A DNA stretch of 64,000 bases from a virus, in the IMG/VR virus record IMGVR_UViG_3300017742_000001, positions 1 to 64,000 of that record; one strand, 5' to 3'. The translations under genes were made by a program, and so were the position numbers. Shown one piece after another: positions 50,491-60,631 of this stretch. The number at the start of each line of letters is the position of its first letter. Positions within the stretch are counted from its first letter, which is position 1. The notes under the pieces were generated by a model. The model was not told where the DNA came from. It saw only the letters and a list, made by a program, of their open reading frames with translations, and did not search any database.

Positions 50491-51357
50491 ATGGCTATTA
50501 ATTTTCCAAACACACCAACGCTAGATGACACATTCACTGACGGCGAAACATCGTGGCAATGGAACGGTACAACTTGGAACTTAGTGACAAGCACAGCCAG
50601 TGTTACTCCTAATACGTTTCAAACTATTACTGTAGCAGGACAGGATAACGTTGTAGCAAGTTCTGGATCAGATACACTTACAATTGTGCAAGGATCTAAT
50701 ATAACACTAACTACTGATGCAACAGGCAAGTCTCTAACTATCGAAGGTCAAGCAGGTGGAGGCGGCGGAGATGTAAATCAAAACGCATTCAGTAATATTG
50801 TAGTATCGGGCGCAACTACTGTAGCAGCAGACGCAGTTTCAGATTCATTAAATTTAGTTGCAGGTTCTGGTATTTCATTATCAACAAACGGTACCGACAG
50901 TGTTACAATTACATCAACTGCTGGTGCGCCAACCTTTGGTACACTTTCAGATGTACAAAATGCAAGTTTAAATTTAGGTTCAATATACTTACCTGCAATG
51001 ACTAGACTTGTAGTAACCAATAACGGATTAAGTTCTTATAGATTTGATCAATATGGTACTGCTGATAATCCAACAGTTTATGCTATTAATGGCACAACAA
51101 TTGCATTTGATTTACAAGCAGGCGGTTCACATCCATTTGAAATACAAGATCCAATTGGTAATGCTTATACAGGTGCTGGCTTAGTACACGTTGCAAGCGA
51201 CGGAACAGTTACTACTGGCTCAGGTGCAAACAGTAAGGTAGGCGGTATTATGTATTGGAAGATTCCGCAAAGTATATCAGGCGGTTATAGATATCAATGT
51301 ACAAACCACTCTGCTATGGTCGGAAGTTTGTTTATTAAAGATATTGCTTCAATCTAA
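50491..51357 (+). CDS. Structural protein with C-terminal cupredoxin-like motif
   Basis: MAINFP..P, WQWNGTTW, duplicated NxFxxI.V.G repeats, HPFEI...YQCTNHSAM. Confidence 0.72.
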   Translation: MAINFPNTPTLDDTFTDGETSWQWNGTTWNLVTSTASVTPNTFQTITVAGQDNVVASSGSDTLTIVQGSNITLTTDATGKSLTIEGQAGGGGGDVNQNAFSNIVVSGATTVAADAVSDSLNLVAGSGISLSTNGTDSVTITSTAGAPTFGTLSDVQNASLNLGSIYLPAMTRLVVTNNGLSSYRFDQYGTADNPTVYAINGTTIAFDLQAGGSHPFEIQDPIGNAYTGAGLVHVASDGTVTTGSGANSKVGGIMYWKIPQSISGGYRYQCTNHSAMVGSLFIKDIASI

Positions 51358-51614
51358 AAATTTTTAGTTAAATCTTCAATCTGTTTTCTAATACTAGAAA
51401 TAATATCTCTAGTGTCATCTTGATTAAACTTTTTAGCAGTTTCAGAATTCATTAATAGTTGTTCGTGCCATCTATCTAGTTCCTGCACTTCGCCCTCTAG
51501 TTGTCTAAGTAAATTTGTAGACTTTAATTTTGCGTCACCATCAGGCATTTTATTAATTCGCTCTTGAAACGTTTTCTTTTCTTGCAAATATCTTGGATTA
51601 TCTTTAAGAAGCAT
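51354..51614 (-). CDS. Hypothetical helical protein
   Basis: 86 aa coiled-coil-like ORF coupled to upstream gene. Confidence 0.6.
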   Translation of the reverse strand: MLLKDNPRYLQEKKTFQERINKMPDGDAKLKSTNLLRQLEGEVQELDRWHEQLLMNSETAKKFNQDDTRDIISSIRKQIEDLTKNF

Positions 51615-51984
51615 TTTCTAACTCCAATACAGTTTCTATCTTGGTTCTTATTAAACTATTATTTAAAGTATTTCTCAAACCATTGTGTATATTCTTGGGT
51701 AATGTATCTAATGTTGCCCAGCAAAACGTATCAACTACTGTTGGCATAAATTCGTAATCTACTAAACAGATATAGGTACTATATTCAAATCCTTTATCTT
51801 TTGATAGATACAATTCAATAGGTAAAATTCTACCTTCTGAAAAGTCTGTCATTGCTTGTTTACTATCGTCGAAAAGTGTTTTGTTTCTAGCAAAGGTAGG
51901 AACAGTCCACTTTTCTTTTTCAAGAATAAGCAGTATTCGCTTCTCTATTTTAGATAAAAATAAAAGTCCGGCACGTTTTTGCAT
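51604..51984 (-). CDS. Possible degenerate NUDIX-fold protein
   Basis: AGLLFLS...RILL, F.Y.TY.C.V..EF.P, W..LD.LP..H pattern but no Nudix box. Confidence 0.45.
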   Translation of the reverse strand: MQKRAGLLFLSKIEKRILLILEKEKWTVPTFARNKTLFDDSKQAMTDFSEGRILPIELYLSKDKGFEYSTYICLVDYEFMPTVVDTFCWATLDTLPKNIHNGLRNTLNNSLIRTKIETVLELENAS

Positions 51985-51992
51985 ACTATTAA

Positions 51993-53447
51993 TTATGCAG
52001 GATCAGGATCGAGTCTCCAATATCCTGGTGAGTATTCGCCTTCGAATGATTTTAACCATTGAATACCGTCCCACTTGTATTGGATTCCTGTTCTAATGTT
52101 TGTTACATATGTTGTATCGCTTGCCGTAGCAGTGTCAAACACATTTACCCAACTTGATCCGTCCCATTCTACAATATTGTTTTCTAATAATTGATATGAC
52201 GATTGACTAGAACCGTCAGTGCCTTTCCAAGCATCTGGACTTACACTGTCTGGATCGCCTACACTTTCTAATAAAAGATATCTAGTTCCAACAGGTATAT
52301 TTGCTACTCCGTTCCATTTATCTATAGGATTAAATGTAGTTGGATTTACAATAGCATCTATAGATGTACGTTGAGCTGGTGCTCTAGAACCATCAATAAT
52401 TGTGTTACCTGGAATAGTATCTTGGTCAAATGTAACTAATAGTATTTTAGGATCAGTTGGATGTATTGCAAAAGTTGCTGCCATTTCTGTGTTATTAGGC
52501 TGCTTGAAATAGATTACACTGTTTGCATTAAAGTTACCTAAACGTGTAAGTATTGCATTCCAATCATACTGTTTATTATTAGCAACGCTTTCTTTTTCGC
52601 CAAGACCTACGCTTTCAATTGCTGCATATGGATCAATAATTGTTAGTTCGTAATCGTATGGTTGATTGTTATTAGCCTTAAACAGTAATACAGGAAATCT
52701 TGGATTTACATAAACTGTATTGCTACCGTTACCGTTATAAACAAGTGAACTAATGTTTTTAACGTCACCCTCTTCAGTAAATATGTTTGCAATAATACTT
52801 CTAATAACACCTAGTTTTTTAACTTTAACTGGTGGAGAAATCCAAATTGGAATTGTAAAATCTAAACTACAAATATCAATATCTGAATCTGTACCTGCAG
52901 GAATTGATCTTGAACTAAAGTTTGTATTATCTAAATATACAACACTTAAACTTGTCCAATCAATATAATTATCTGTTGTTTGTATTTCTAGCGCAGGGTT
53001 AAACAGCACTAGTATCTGTTCTAGTAATTGTAATTTTTGATCAGTGTTACTAGTCCATATATCTGCTTTCATAGTTAGTGTATATGGAGTAGGCATCAAT
53101 CTTTCTACAGTTACATTTTTACCTTGCTCGCCTGTATATTCTCTAGTACCATCATCTTGTTCAGAATATCTACGTTCTCTAATATTAACTTTACTTGTAA
53201 ATGTAGGATCAGAAAGTCTACTCGGATCAGTTTGTAAATTTGTAACATAACAAGCCATACGTGGAACTGTAGGCATTTTGTTTTCAGAGTTTTCTCTAAT
53301 AATATTTGATACTTGACGAGTTAGATCACCATACATCACTGGAACAGTTTGTTGCTTGCCGTCACCTGCTTCGTATTTGAAGCCGATAAACACACGCATA
53401 AACTGTGTAATATATCTTCTAATTTGTCCGTCGTAGAAAAAATCCAT
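51993..53447 (-). CDS. Tail terminator/sheath stabiliser (T4 gp15-like) with C-terminal extension
   Basis: FFYD.QIRRY, VPVMYG, PTPY.L...DIW, QLLEQIL.LFNP. Confidence 0.7.
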   Translation of the reverse strand: MDFFYDGQIRRYITQFMRVFIGFKYEAGDGKQQTVPVMYGDLTRQVSNIIRENSENKMPTVPRMACYVTNLQTDPSRLSDPTFTSKVNIRERRYSEQDDGTREYTGEQGKNVTVERLMPTPYTLTMKADIWTSNTDQKLQLLEQILVLFNPALEIQTTDNYIDWTSLSVVYLDNTNFSSRSIPAGTDSDIDICSLDFTIPIWISPPVKVKKLGVIRSIIANIFTEEGDVKNISSLVYNGNGSNTVYVNPRFPVLLFKANNNQPYDYELTIIDPYAAIESVGLGEKESVANNKQYDWNAILTRLGNFNANSVIYFKQPNNTEMAATFAIHPTDPKILLVTFDQDTIPGNTIIDGSRAPAQRTSIDAIVNPTTFNPIDKWNGVANIPVGTRYLLLESVGDPDSVSPDAWKGTDGSSQSSYQLLENNIVEWDGSSWVNVFDTATASDTTYVTNIRTGIQYKWDGIQWLKSFEGEYSPGYWRLDPDPA

Positions 53448-53626
53448 TACTTGTTTGCCTTGTTAAATTTATTTGTGAATGCTGTGTCGTCACCTTTGGC
53501 TGCTGCTGCCCTACGCTTTTGAATTTTTAGTGAAATAGGTTCTTCTTCCTTTTCAGGAGGTCTTCTTTTTACAGTATGTTTCTTTGGTCTGCTAGTTGCA
53601 AATCCTAAAATTTCATCAATACGCAT
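53447..53626 (-). CDS. 59-aa basic hypothetical protein (not in ORF track)
   Basis: MRIDEILGFATSRPKKHTVKRRPPEKEEEP...NKANK*; TAATG overlaps at both ends. Confidence 0.72.
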   Translation of the reverse strand: MRIDEILGFATSRPKKHTVKRRPPEKEEEPISLKIQKRRAAAAKGDDTAFTNKFNKANK

Positions 53627-54999
53627 TATTCATCTGCCTTTGGTTTTAGTGCTTTAGAAAGACTTTGTTTTTCCTTAACAGTCTTGCCATCAATAACTTG
53701 TTGGTTTGTGTTATTAATAAATGTTGATTTAAGTCCTTTATTTTCTCTAGCATCGTGTCCAGCAAAGTCTTTACCTGCTGCTACATCACTTGGTCCTAAG
53801 TTACTCATTGTCATTCTCACATCATCTTCAACTTTACCCCATCTTCCTTTCTTGAAGATGAAAAGCCTTGTTGGTTTGTAATCTGTTCGTAAGTGGAATT
53901 GTCCTTCTCCAGGATTCATAGGAAATGCAATGCCTTGTGTAAATGGAGCACCGTTAGGCGGTATTCCATCTCCTACTAAGTATCCTTTATATCCTGACAT
54001 CTCAGCATTTGCATTAACCATATCAGCAGTGTAACTTGTGAATACTTCTTCACCATTGTCATCATATACAGGATTGCCGTTTGCATCTGTTGACGGTATT
54101 AGTAGTTGTGTATCGTCTGCTGTTACTAGTTCTGCATTACCAACTTCATCACGCTGTAATGTATAAAATTTAGTTGTGTCATAACCACTTTGTGGAGCAT
54201 CTGCTTCTGCTTGATCAAGAACTGCACCTGTAATTTGCATTTCTTTTTCGTATGTAGACATAATATCTTTAAGTGTATCTGCAAGTTTCCAAGCGCCACC
54301 TGGAGGAGAATCAGTAGTTTCTGATAATGCTTCGTATTTCTCACCATTGTAAGAAACTATATCTCCAGGAAAGTAAGTTGAATTAGTATTGTATTCGCCT
54401 TTGTTATTTTCTTCACCTGCAACGGCATCTAAAATATCTTTAAATTCTTGTGAGTCTACTAGCGGTTTACATTTTGCTCTGTATAAATGAGGATACCAAG
54501 TTACAGAAAATCCTTCTGCTGCTCTGTTAACATCTTCAATTACATAAAATCTTTTAAGTGCATAATTTAAATCATTTAATGCATATTCGTCTTGTAAGTG
54601 AGGTAATTCAATAACATCACCTGCTATAATTTTTCTGCCTAGTTTTTCAACTGTGTCATTAATATGGAATGTAACAAATAATGTATCATTTTGTAAAAAC
54701 AAACCAAACTGACTAAGATTAAAATCTACATCATTTACATTGTATACTCCACGTAACTGATATACATCAGGATCATATTTACGATCTCTGTTTTCAAGAA
54801 ACAACATATCTTGTATATTTGTAGGATCGTCTGTACTGTACTTAGGTGTAGTAGGAGTTTCTTCTCTACTGCTGCCTGGTCCCAGATATCGGTGAACAAG
54901 CACATCGGTTCCGCCTACCTGAAACATTTCCCAGGCAGTTTTATCAATAAATCTGTAATCGTTTCCCTTCTCGGGACGGTATAAACTCAGTCTTGGCAT
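53626..54999 (-). CDS. Neck/head-closure protein (T4 gp14-like)
   Basis: LFLENRDRKYD, LSQFGLF, GDVIELPHL; divergent from the gp13-like gene. Confidence 0.65.
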   Translation of the reverse strand: MPRLSLYRPEKGNDYRFIDKTAWEMFQVGGTDVLVHRYLGPGSSREETPTTPKYSTDDPTNIQDMLFLENRDRKYDPDVYQLRGVYNVNDVDFNLSQFGLFLQNDTLFVTFHINDTVEKLGRKIIAGDVIELPHLQDEYALNDLNYALKRFYVIEDVNRAAEGFSVTWYPHLYRAKCKPLVDSQEFKDILDAVAGEENNKGEYNTNSTYFPGDIVSYNGEKYEALSETTDSPPGGAWKLADTLKDIMSTYEKEMQITGAVLDQAEADAPQSGYDTTKFYTLQRDEVGNAELVTADDTQLLIPSTDANGNPVYDDNGEEVFTSYTADMVNANAEMSGYKGYLVGDGIPPNGAPFTQGIAFPMNPGEGQFHLRTDYKPTRLFIFKKGRWGKVEDDVRMTMSNLGPSDVAAGKDFAGHDARENKGLKSTFINNTNQQVIDGKTVKEKQSLSKALKPKADE

Positions 55000-55043
55000 A
55001 GTATATGTATTTACCTAATCCGTCTCAAGGCATAAATACTTAT

Positions 55044-55802
55044 ATGAGCCAGATAGACAACGCAAAACAAGAAGTATTTGATTACGTAAAAGCAATGCTC
55101 GGCGACGGTATGATCGACGTCGAACTAGATCCCGTTCATTACGAAACAGGATTAAAACGTGCGCTGGGAGTTTTTAGACAGCGTTCTGATAACGCAGTTG
55201 AAGAAAGTTATATTACACTTACACTTGAAAGTGAAAAGAATGATTATATTTTACCTGATGAAATACAGCAAGTAAGACAAATTTTTAGACGTTCAGTTGG
55301 TTCACGTACAGGTAACGGAACAGGCGGTACAGTATTTGAACCGTTCAACTTAGCATACACTAATACATATTTGTTAAGTTCAACCAATATGGGCGGACTT
55401 GCAACATACGAATTATTTGCAGGTTATCAAGAAATGGTAGGTAAAATGTTTGGTTCATTTATCAACTTTACTTGGAATCCGCAAAGTAAGAAACTAATTA
55501 TTATGCAACGTCCTAGAGGAGAAGAACAAGTACTTCTTTGGTGTTACAATAATAAACCTGATTACACAATCATTAATGATCAATATGCAGGACAGTGGGT
55601 TAAAGATTATACACTTGCTAATTGCAAAGTAATGCTAGGACAAGCAAGAGAAAAATTTGCTAGTATCGCAGGTCCACAAGGCGGAACTGCACTTAACGGT
55701 GCTAGTATTAAACAAGAAGGCTTTCAGGATATTGAAAGGCTGACAGCAGAATTGGTAACACTAGTACCAGGTGGCCAAGGGTACTATTGGATTAACGGAT
55801 AA
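55044..55802 (+). CDS. Neck protein / head-tail adaptor (T4 gp13-like)
   Basis: LG..MIDVEL, WVKDY.LA..K..LG..R.KF, GG.ALNG; start reassigned to ATG 5 nt after TAAATA (55033-55038). Confidence 0.82.
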   Translation: MSQIDNAKQEVFDYVKAMLGDGMIDVELDPVHYETGLKRALGVFRQRSDNAVEESYITLTLESEKNDYILPDEIQQVRQIFRRSVGSRTGNGTGGTVFEPFNLAYTNTYLLSSTNMGGLATYELFAGYQEMVGKMFGSFINFTWNPQSKKLIIMQRPRGEEQVLLWCYNNKPDYTIINDQYAGQWVKDYTLANCKVMLGQAREKFASIAGPQGGTALNGASIKQEGFQDIERLTAELVTLVPGGQGYYWING

Positions 55803-56140
55803 TGAAAGCAACAGAATTTATATCAGAAGAGTACGAACAGTTTTATACAGAAACTGCAAAAATGGTTTGGGGACGAACTACAGGTACTGCAAAAGGTGGA
55901 AAGACCAAACTGCGTTTCCGTTGTTCAAGTGGACCTAGAGCAGGTAGACAAGTTAGTCATCCATCCAAATGCCATCAGCAGTATAATGTTGCCAAAGCAC
56001 AAAAAATGAAGACGACCAGAGCAAGAACTGGTCCTACAGCAGTACGTAGACAGCAACGTACTAAGTCTATTAACACAGCAAGTGTGTTAGCACGTAAACT
56101 TAATACGGGCAAACCAGGCCAGCCAAGACCGTATATTTAG
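55802..56140 (+). CDS. Basic hypothetical protein with capsid-targeting-like N-terminus
   Basis: MKATEFISEE; K/R-rich; RCSSGPR.GR.V...C. Confidence 0.7.
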   Translation: MKATEFISEEYEQFYTETAKMVWGRTTGTAKGGKTKLRFRCSSGPRAGRQVSHPSKCHQQYNVAKAQKMKTTRARTGPTAVRRQQRTKSINTASVLARKLNTGKPGQPRPYI

Positions 56141-56142
56141 AC

Positions 56143-56170
56143 TTGACAATCCTACAGATGATGCTATAAT
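56143..56170 (+). promoter_or_regulatory. Sigma70-type early/middle promoter
   Basis: TTGACA-16 nt-TATAAT with TGn extension, before AGGAG RBS. Confidence 0.75.
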
Positions 56171-56198
56171 GTTTAGTATTACTTAGGAGATATCATTT

Positions 56199-56822
56199 AT
56201 GATTATAGGCATTTGCGGTTTTATTGGCTGCGGCAAAGACACAGTAGCAGATTATCTAACAAACGATCACGGCTTTCGTAGAGAAAGTTTTGCAGGAACA
56301 CTGAAAGATGCAGTGGCTCATATTTTTGGGTGGAATAGAGAAATGCTAGAAGGTAGATCTAAAGAAGCTCGTGAATGGCGTGAGCAAATAGATCCGTGGT
56401 GGGCAGAACGGTTAGATATGCCAACACTAACTCCAAGATGGGTGTTACAATATTGGGGTACAGAAGTTGCTAGAAAAGCATTCCACGATGATATTTGGGT
56501 AGCAAGTTTAGAAAATAAACTGCGTAACAGTACAGATGATGTTGTTATTAGCGACTGTAGATTTCCTAATGAAGTTGATGTGATCCATAAAGCAGGCGGA
56601 AAAGTTGTTTGGGTAAAACGTGGAGATTTGCCTAGTTGGTATACAAATGCACAACAAGCAAATGAAGGATCAAACTATCATATCAATGAGATGAAAGTGC
56701 AAAAAATACATCCTAGCGAATGGGCGTGGATTAATAGTAAGTTTGATGCTGTAGTTGAAAATAACGGATCTATTGATCAGTTGTATGCGCAAGTAGAAAA
56801 TCTACTAGTAGTCAGCCACTAA
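56199..56822 (+). CDS. Deoxynucleoside monophosphate kinase (T4 gp1-like)
   Basis: IIGICG..G.GKDT P-loop, FA..LKD, TPR..LQ..GTE, ISDCRFPNE, HPSE. Confidence 0.92.
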   Translation: MIIGICGFIGCGKDTVADYLTNDHGFRRESFAGTLKDAVAHIFGWNREMLEGRSKEAREWREQIDPWWAERLDMPTLTPRWVLQYWGTEVARKAFHDDIWVASLENKLRNSTDDVVISDCRFPNEVDVIHKAGGKVVWVKRGDLPSWYTNAQQANEGSNYHINEMKVQKIHPSEWAWINSKFDAVVENNGSIDQLYAQVENLLVVSH

Positions 56823-57140
56823 GTCACCCTGTTTCCAGCGTATATTCTCTTTAGATAATACGCTCCTACAATTAGCACATACAGTTTTAAGATTTTGCGG
56901 TCTACAATTGTCAAGGTTTTCATCTACGTGAAATACTCTGAATACTTCCTTGTGCTGTGATTTGAATCCGCATTTATCGCACTGTTTTTTAATTTTGTAA
57001 CCTGCACGTTGCCATCTAGGCACACCGTGATACAGACCGTGTTTACTGCAACCTTCACACAAACTTCTGTAGTATGTCTTTCCTTGCTTCTTATAGTTTA
57101 CTGCACGGGGTCTTAATCCGCACTTACATAGTGGTCTCAT
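56805..57140 (-). CDS. Zinc-finger/HNH-like protein
   Basis: CKC, CEGC, CDKC, HVDENLDNC...NLKTVCANC; start at 57140, 5 nt after TAAATA. Confidence 0.7.
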   Translation of the reverse strand: MRPLCKCGLRPRAVNYKKQGKTYYRSLCEGCSKHGLYHGVPRWQRAGYKIKKQCDKCGFKSQHKEVFRVFHVDENLDNCRPQNLKTVCANCRSVLSKENIRWKQGDLVADY

Positions 57141-57271
57141 ACATATATTTACACCTTTTCGACCCCTTTTTATATAGGTATAAACAGCACTTTTTATCCG
57201 ATCCAACTAAATACATTAGTAATACAGATTAGGTATAACAATATACTTTTACATTACCAGGAGAAACAGGA

Positions 57272-60200
57272 ATGGCACTACAATCACCAGGCGTTGAAGT
57301 AACCGTAATAGATGAGAGTTTTTACACCCCCGCTGAACCGGGTACTACTCCTCTTATCGTGGTTGCAACAGCCCAAGATAAAATTAACGCTGCTGGCACG
57401 GGAACTGCTTCAGCGACAACAGCCGCAAATGCTGGAAAAGCATTTAAGGTTACATCACAGAAAGAATTAGTAGATCTTTTTGGAGTTCCAAACTTTGAAA
57501 AGACAGCAAGTAATACACCAATTCACGGAAGCGAATTGAACGAATATGGTTTGTTAGCAGCATATTCATTGCTAGGCGTAAGTAACGCAGCATTTATTAC
57601 ACGAGCTAACGTAGACTTAGGTCAACTTGAAGGATCAGCAGATGCGCCGGGAGCGAATCCAAATGATGGTACTTGGTGGGTTGATACTAGGGGTACAACT
57701 TGGGGTATCCAGGAATGGAATGGCGCTGCAATAACAACAACAGGCGGCCAAAAGTTTACTAACAAAACTCCAATTGTATTAACTGATACAGATACAACTA
57801 AAATTGATTCCGGTACAGGATTACCTAAAGGTTCAGTAGGTGCTATCGGAGATTATGCAATCGTTTTTGAAACAGTAGACGGTTCAGGATCATTTACTGC
57901 AAGCAAAGAAACAGCAAGAGTGTATTACAAATCCGCTGGTAATGGTGTTTCTCCAACAGCAGGTACTTGGGTACTTGTTGGTAGCAATGATTGGACTGCA
58001 AGTCACCCAACAATTACAGGTGGCACATTTACTGCATCAAGTGGTAAGTTTAGCATCAACAGTACAGACTTTGAAGTAACTGGTACACTTGACGATTTGG
58101 TAACATCAATTAACAGTCAAATTAGCAGATCACAAGGTATCTATGCTAGAAACGTAAGCGGTAAACTTTACCTTTACGCACAAGGCAAAGAACAAGATGC
58201 TAACAACGCAGACAGTACTTTAACACAAGCAATTATTATTGATGATGCAAGTACAAGTCCAGCAGTTAACTTTAGCGACCTTGGTATTGCAAAAAATACA
58301 TACTATGCACCCGCAATTCGTCAAAGCGCACACACAAGTGTTCCACAATGGAAAACACTTGATAGTGCTCCAAGACCAACAGGCAGTGTATGGATTAAAA
58401 CAACTGAGCCAAACAATGGTGCAAGATGGAGAGTTTATAACTGGTCATCTGCAACAACAACTTGGAATGCAGTTAACAGTCCAATTTATGACAACGGACA
58501 CACTGCGTTATATTGGTTAGACAGAAGCGGCGGCGGTGCTAACATTGCTACTGACGCAATTTTTGTACAATCAAATGCTAACGAACATAGTGGATTTGAT
58601 GCTACTCCTTCAACTGCAACATTTAGAATGTGGCGCAGAGCAGGAACAGGCAACACTACTATTAAGTCAGCAGCAGTAACAGCGTTAACATTTACAGCAG
58701 GTACAAACACATTTGAACTTGCAGAAAGTGTAAAAGGAAGTGCAAGTTTAGCAACAGCAGTAAGTGTATCATTTACAGCAACAGGTGCTACAACAGATGC
58801 AGATTTACTTGCAGATGCAGTTAACAGTGCAGGCTTTGTAAACATTGAAGCAGCAGTAACTACTGACAACGAAGTAGAAATTTTCCATAAACTAGGCGGT
58901 GACTTTAGAATGACTGACGGTGCAAATACACCGGTAGCATTGGCTTACACAGCATACAACATTGATACTTTAGCAGGAACAGCAAACTTATATGCTGCAC
59001 CAGCAGGAAGCAGCGATGACTTTGTAGCAAGTAACTGGCAGCCATTAGCAGCAAGTAACTTTAAAGCAGGTGCTGATAATCCAGAAAATGAACCAGCAGA
59101 CGGACAACTTTGGTACAACCCAGAGTTTAGTGAAGTTGATATTATGGTACACAATGGTACTACTTGGGTAGGATACCAAAGTGTATACAGTACAGCATCA
59201 CCAGCAGGTCCAATTGTTTCAGCAACTGAGCCAAGTGCAACTACTGGACAAAGCGATGGTACTGCACTAGTAGACGGTGATCTTTGGATTAGCACAGCAG
59301 ATTTAGAGAACTTCCCAACTATTTACAGATGGAACGGAACTACACTGGCTTGGACACAGATTGATAAAACTGACCAAACTTCAGAAGAAGGTGTACTGTT
59401 TGCAGATGCACGTTTTGGTTTAGCAGGTGCTACTGGTAATACAGCAGCCGATATCAAAGACTTACTAACAAGCAACTACTTAGATCCAGATGCTCCAGAT
59501 CCTGCACTTTATCCGCAGGGAATGTTGTTATGGAACTTACGTAGAAGCGGTGGAAATGTTAAGAAGTACAACAACAACTACATTGACACAACTGCTGATA
59601 ATGAAAGATTTAACAACAGTGAATCAATGACAGGGTACGCAACAGACAGATGGACTACTGAATCAGGCAACCAAGAAGACGGTAGCGGATCATTTGGTAG
59701 AAAAGCACAGCGTATGGTTGTTACACAAGCATTGAAATCTGCAATTGACACAAGTGATGAGATTAGAGACGAAGAAAGACGTAACTTTAACTTAATTGCT
59801 TGTCCAGGTTACACAGAAACAATGAGCAATCTTGTTAACTTAAACATTGACAGAGGCTTAACAGCATTTGTAGTTGGTGACACACCATTTAGATTACCAG
59901 CAGATGCTACATCACTTACAAACTATGGTTCTAATGCAGAACTAGTTGTAGATAACAACGATAACGGTATTGTTACATACGATGAGTATATGGCAGTATT
60001 TTATCCAAATGGATTTACAACAGACTTAGGTGGAGCAAACGCAGTTGTTCCTAGCTCACATATGATGCTAAGAACTATTGCACTAAGCGATCAAGTATCG
60101 TTTCCGTGGTTTGCACCAGCAGGTACAAGACGCGGTGGAATCAGCAACGCTACAGCAGTAGGATATATTGATGCAGCAACTGGTGAATTCCAAACAGTTG

Positions 60201-60631
60201 CACTTAACGAAGGACAGCGTGATACGTTATATGATCAAAAGATTAACCCAATTACATTCTTTAATGGTGTTGGTTTAGTTAACTACGGTCAGAAGACAAG
60301 AGGCAGAAATGCTTCTGCGCTAGACAGAATTAACGTTGCAAGATTGGTAGTATACTTACGTAGCCAACTTAATAAACTGGCCCGTCCGTATATATTTGAA
60401 CCAAATGATAAAATCACTAGAGACGAAGTCAAACAAGCAGTAGAAAGTTTACTACTTGAGTTAGTTGGCTTAAGAGCTCTTTATGATTTCGCTGTTGTTT
60501 GTGATGAGACTAACAATACGCCAAGCAGAATTGATAGAAATGAACTATATGTTGATATTGCTATTGAACCTGTTAAGGCAATTGAGTTTATTTACATTCC
60601 ATTGCGTGTCAAGAACACAGGAGAAATATAA
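57272..60631 (+). CDS. gp18: Tail sheath protein (gp18 family) with large insertion
   Basis: SPGVEV.VIDES, PWFAPAG.RRG, INPI, ALDRINVARL, FEPND, V.CDETNN, P.KAIEFIYI. Confidence 0.93.
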   Translation: MALQSPGVEVTVIDESFYTPAEPGTTPLIVVATAQDKINAAGTGTASATTAANAGKAFKVTSQKELVDLFGVPNFEKTASNTPIHGSELNEYGLLAAYSLLGVSNAAFITRANVDLGQLEGSADAPGANPNDGTWWVDTRGTTWGIQEWNGAAITTTGGQKFTNKTPIVLTDTDTTKIDSGTGLPKGSVGAIGDYAIVFETVDGSGSFTASKETARVYYKSAGNGVSPTAGTWVLVGSNDWTASHPTITGGTFTASSGKFSINSTDFEVTGTLDDLVTSINSQISRSQGIYARNVSGKLYLYAQGKEQDANNADSTLTQAIIIDDASTSPAVNFSDLGIAKNTYYAPAIRQSAHTSVPQWKTLDSAPRPTGSVWIKTTEPNNGARWRVYNWSSATTTWNAVNSPIYDNGHTALYWLDRSGGGANIATDAIFVQSNANEHSGFDATPSTATFRMWRRAGTGNTTIKSAAVTALTFTAGTNTFELAESVKGSASLATAVSVSFTATGATTDADLLADAVNSAGFVNIEAAVTTDNEVEIFHKLGGDFRMTDGANTPVALAYTAYNIDTLAGTANLYAAPAGSSDDFVASNWQPLAASNFKAGADNPENEPADGQLWYNPEFSEVDIMVHNGTTWVGYQSVYSTASPAGPIVSATEPSATTGQSDGTALVDGDLWISTADLENFPTIYRWNGTTLAWTQIDKTDQTSEEGVLFADARFGLAGATGNTAADIKDLLTSNYLDPDAPDPALYPQGMLLWNLRRSGGNVKKYNNNYIDTTADNERFNNSESMTGYATDRWTTESGNQEDGSGSFGRKAQRMVVTQALKSAIDTSDEIRDEERRNFNLIACPGYTETMSNLVNLNIDRGLTAFVVGDTPFRLPADATSLTNYGSNAELVVDNNDNGIVTYDEYMAVFYPNGFTTDLGGANAVVPSSHMMLRTIALSDQVSFPWFAPAGTRRGGISNATAVGYIDAATGEFQTVALNEGQRDTLYDQKINPITFFNGVGLVNYGQKTRGRNASALDRINVARLVVYLRSQLNKLARPYIFEPNDKITRDEVKQAVESLLLELVGLRALYDFAVVCDETNNTPSRIDRNELYVDIAIEPVKAIEFIYIPLRVKNTGEI

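Noticed and set aside
9468-57206. Longer upstream starts in the ORF track (9468, 31903, 34859, 46133, 55005, 57206)
   Set aside because: RBS position, stop-start overlaps or the TAAATA-N5-ATG pattern favour 9516, 31918, 34862, 46100, 55044 and 57140
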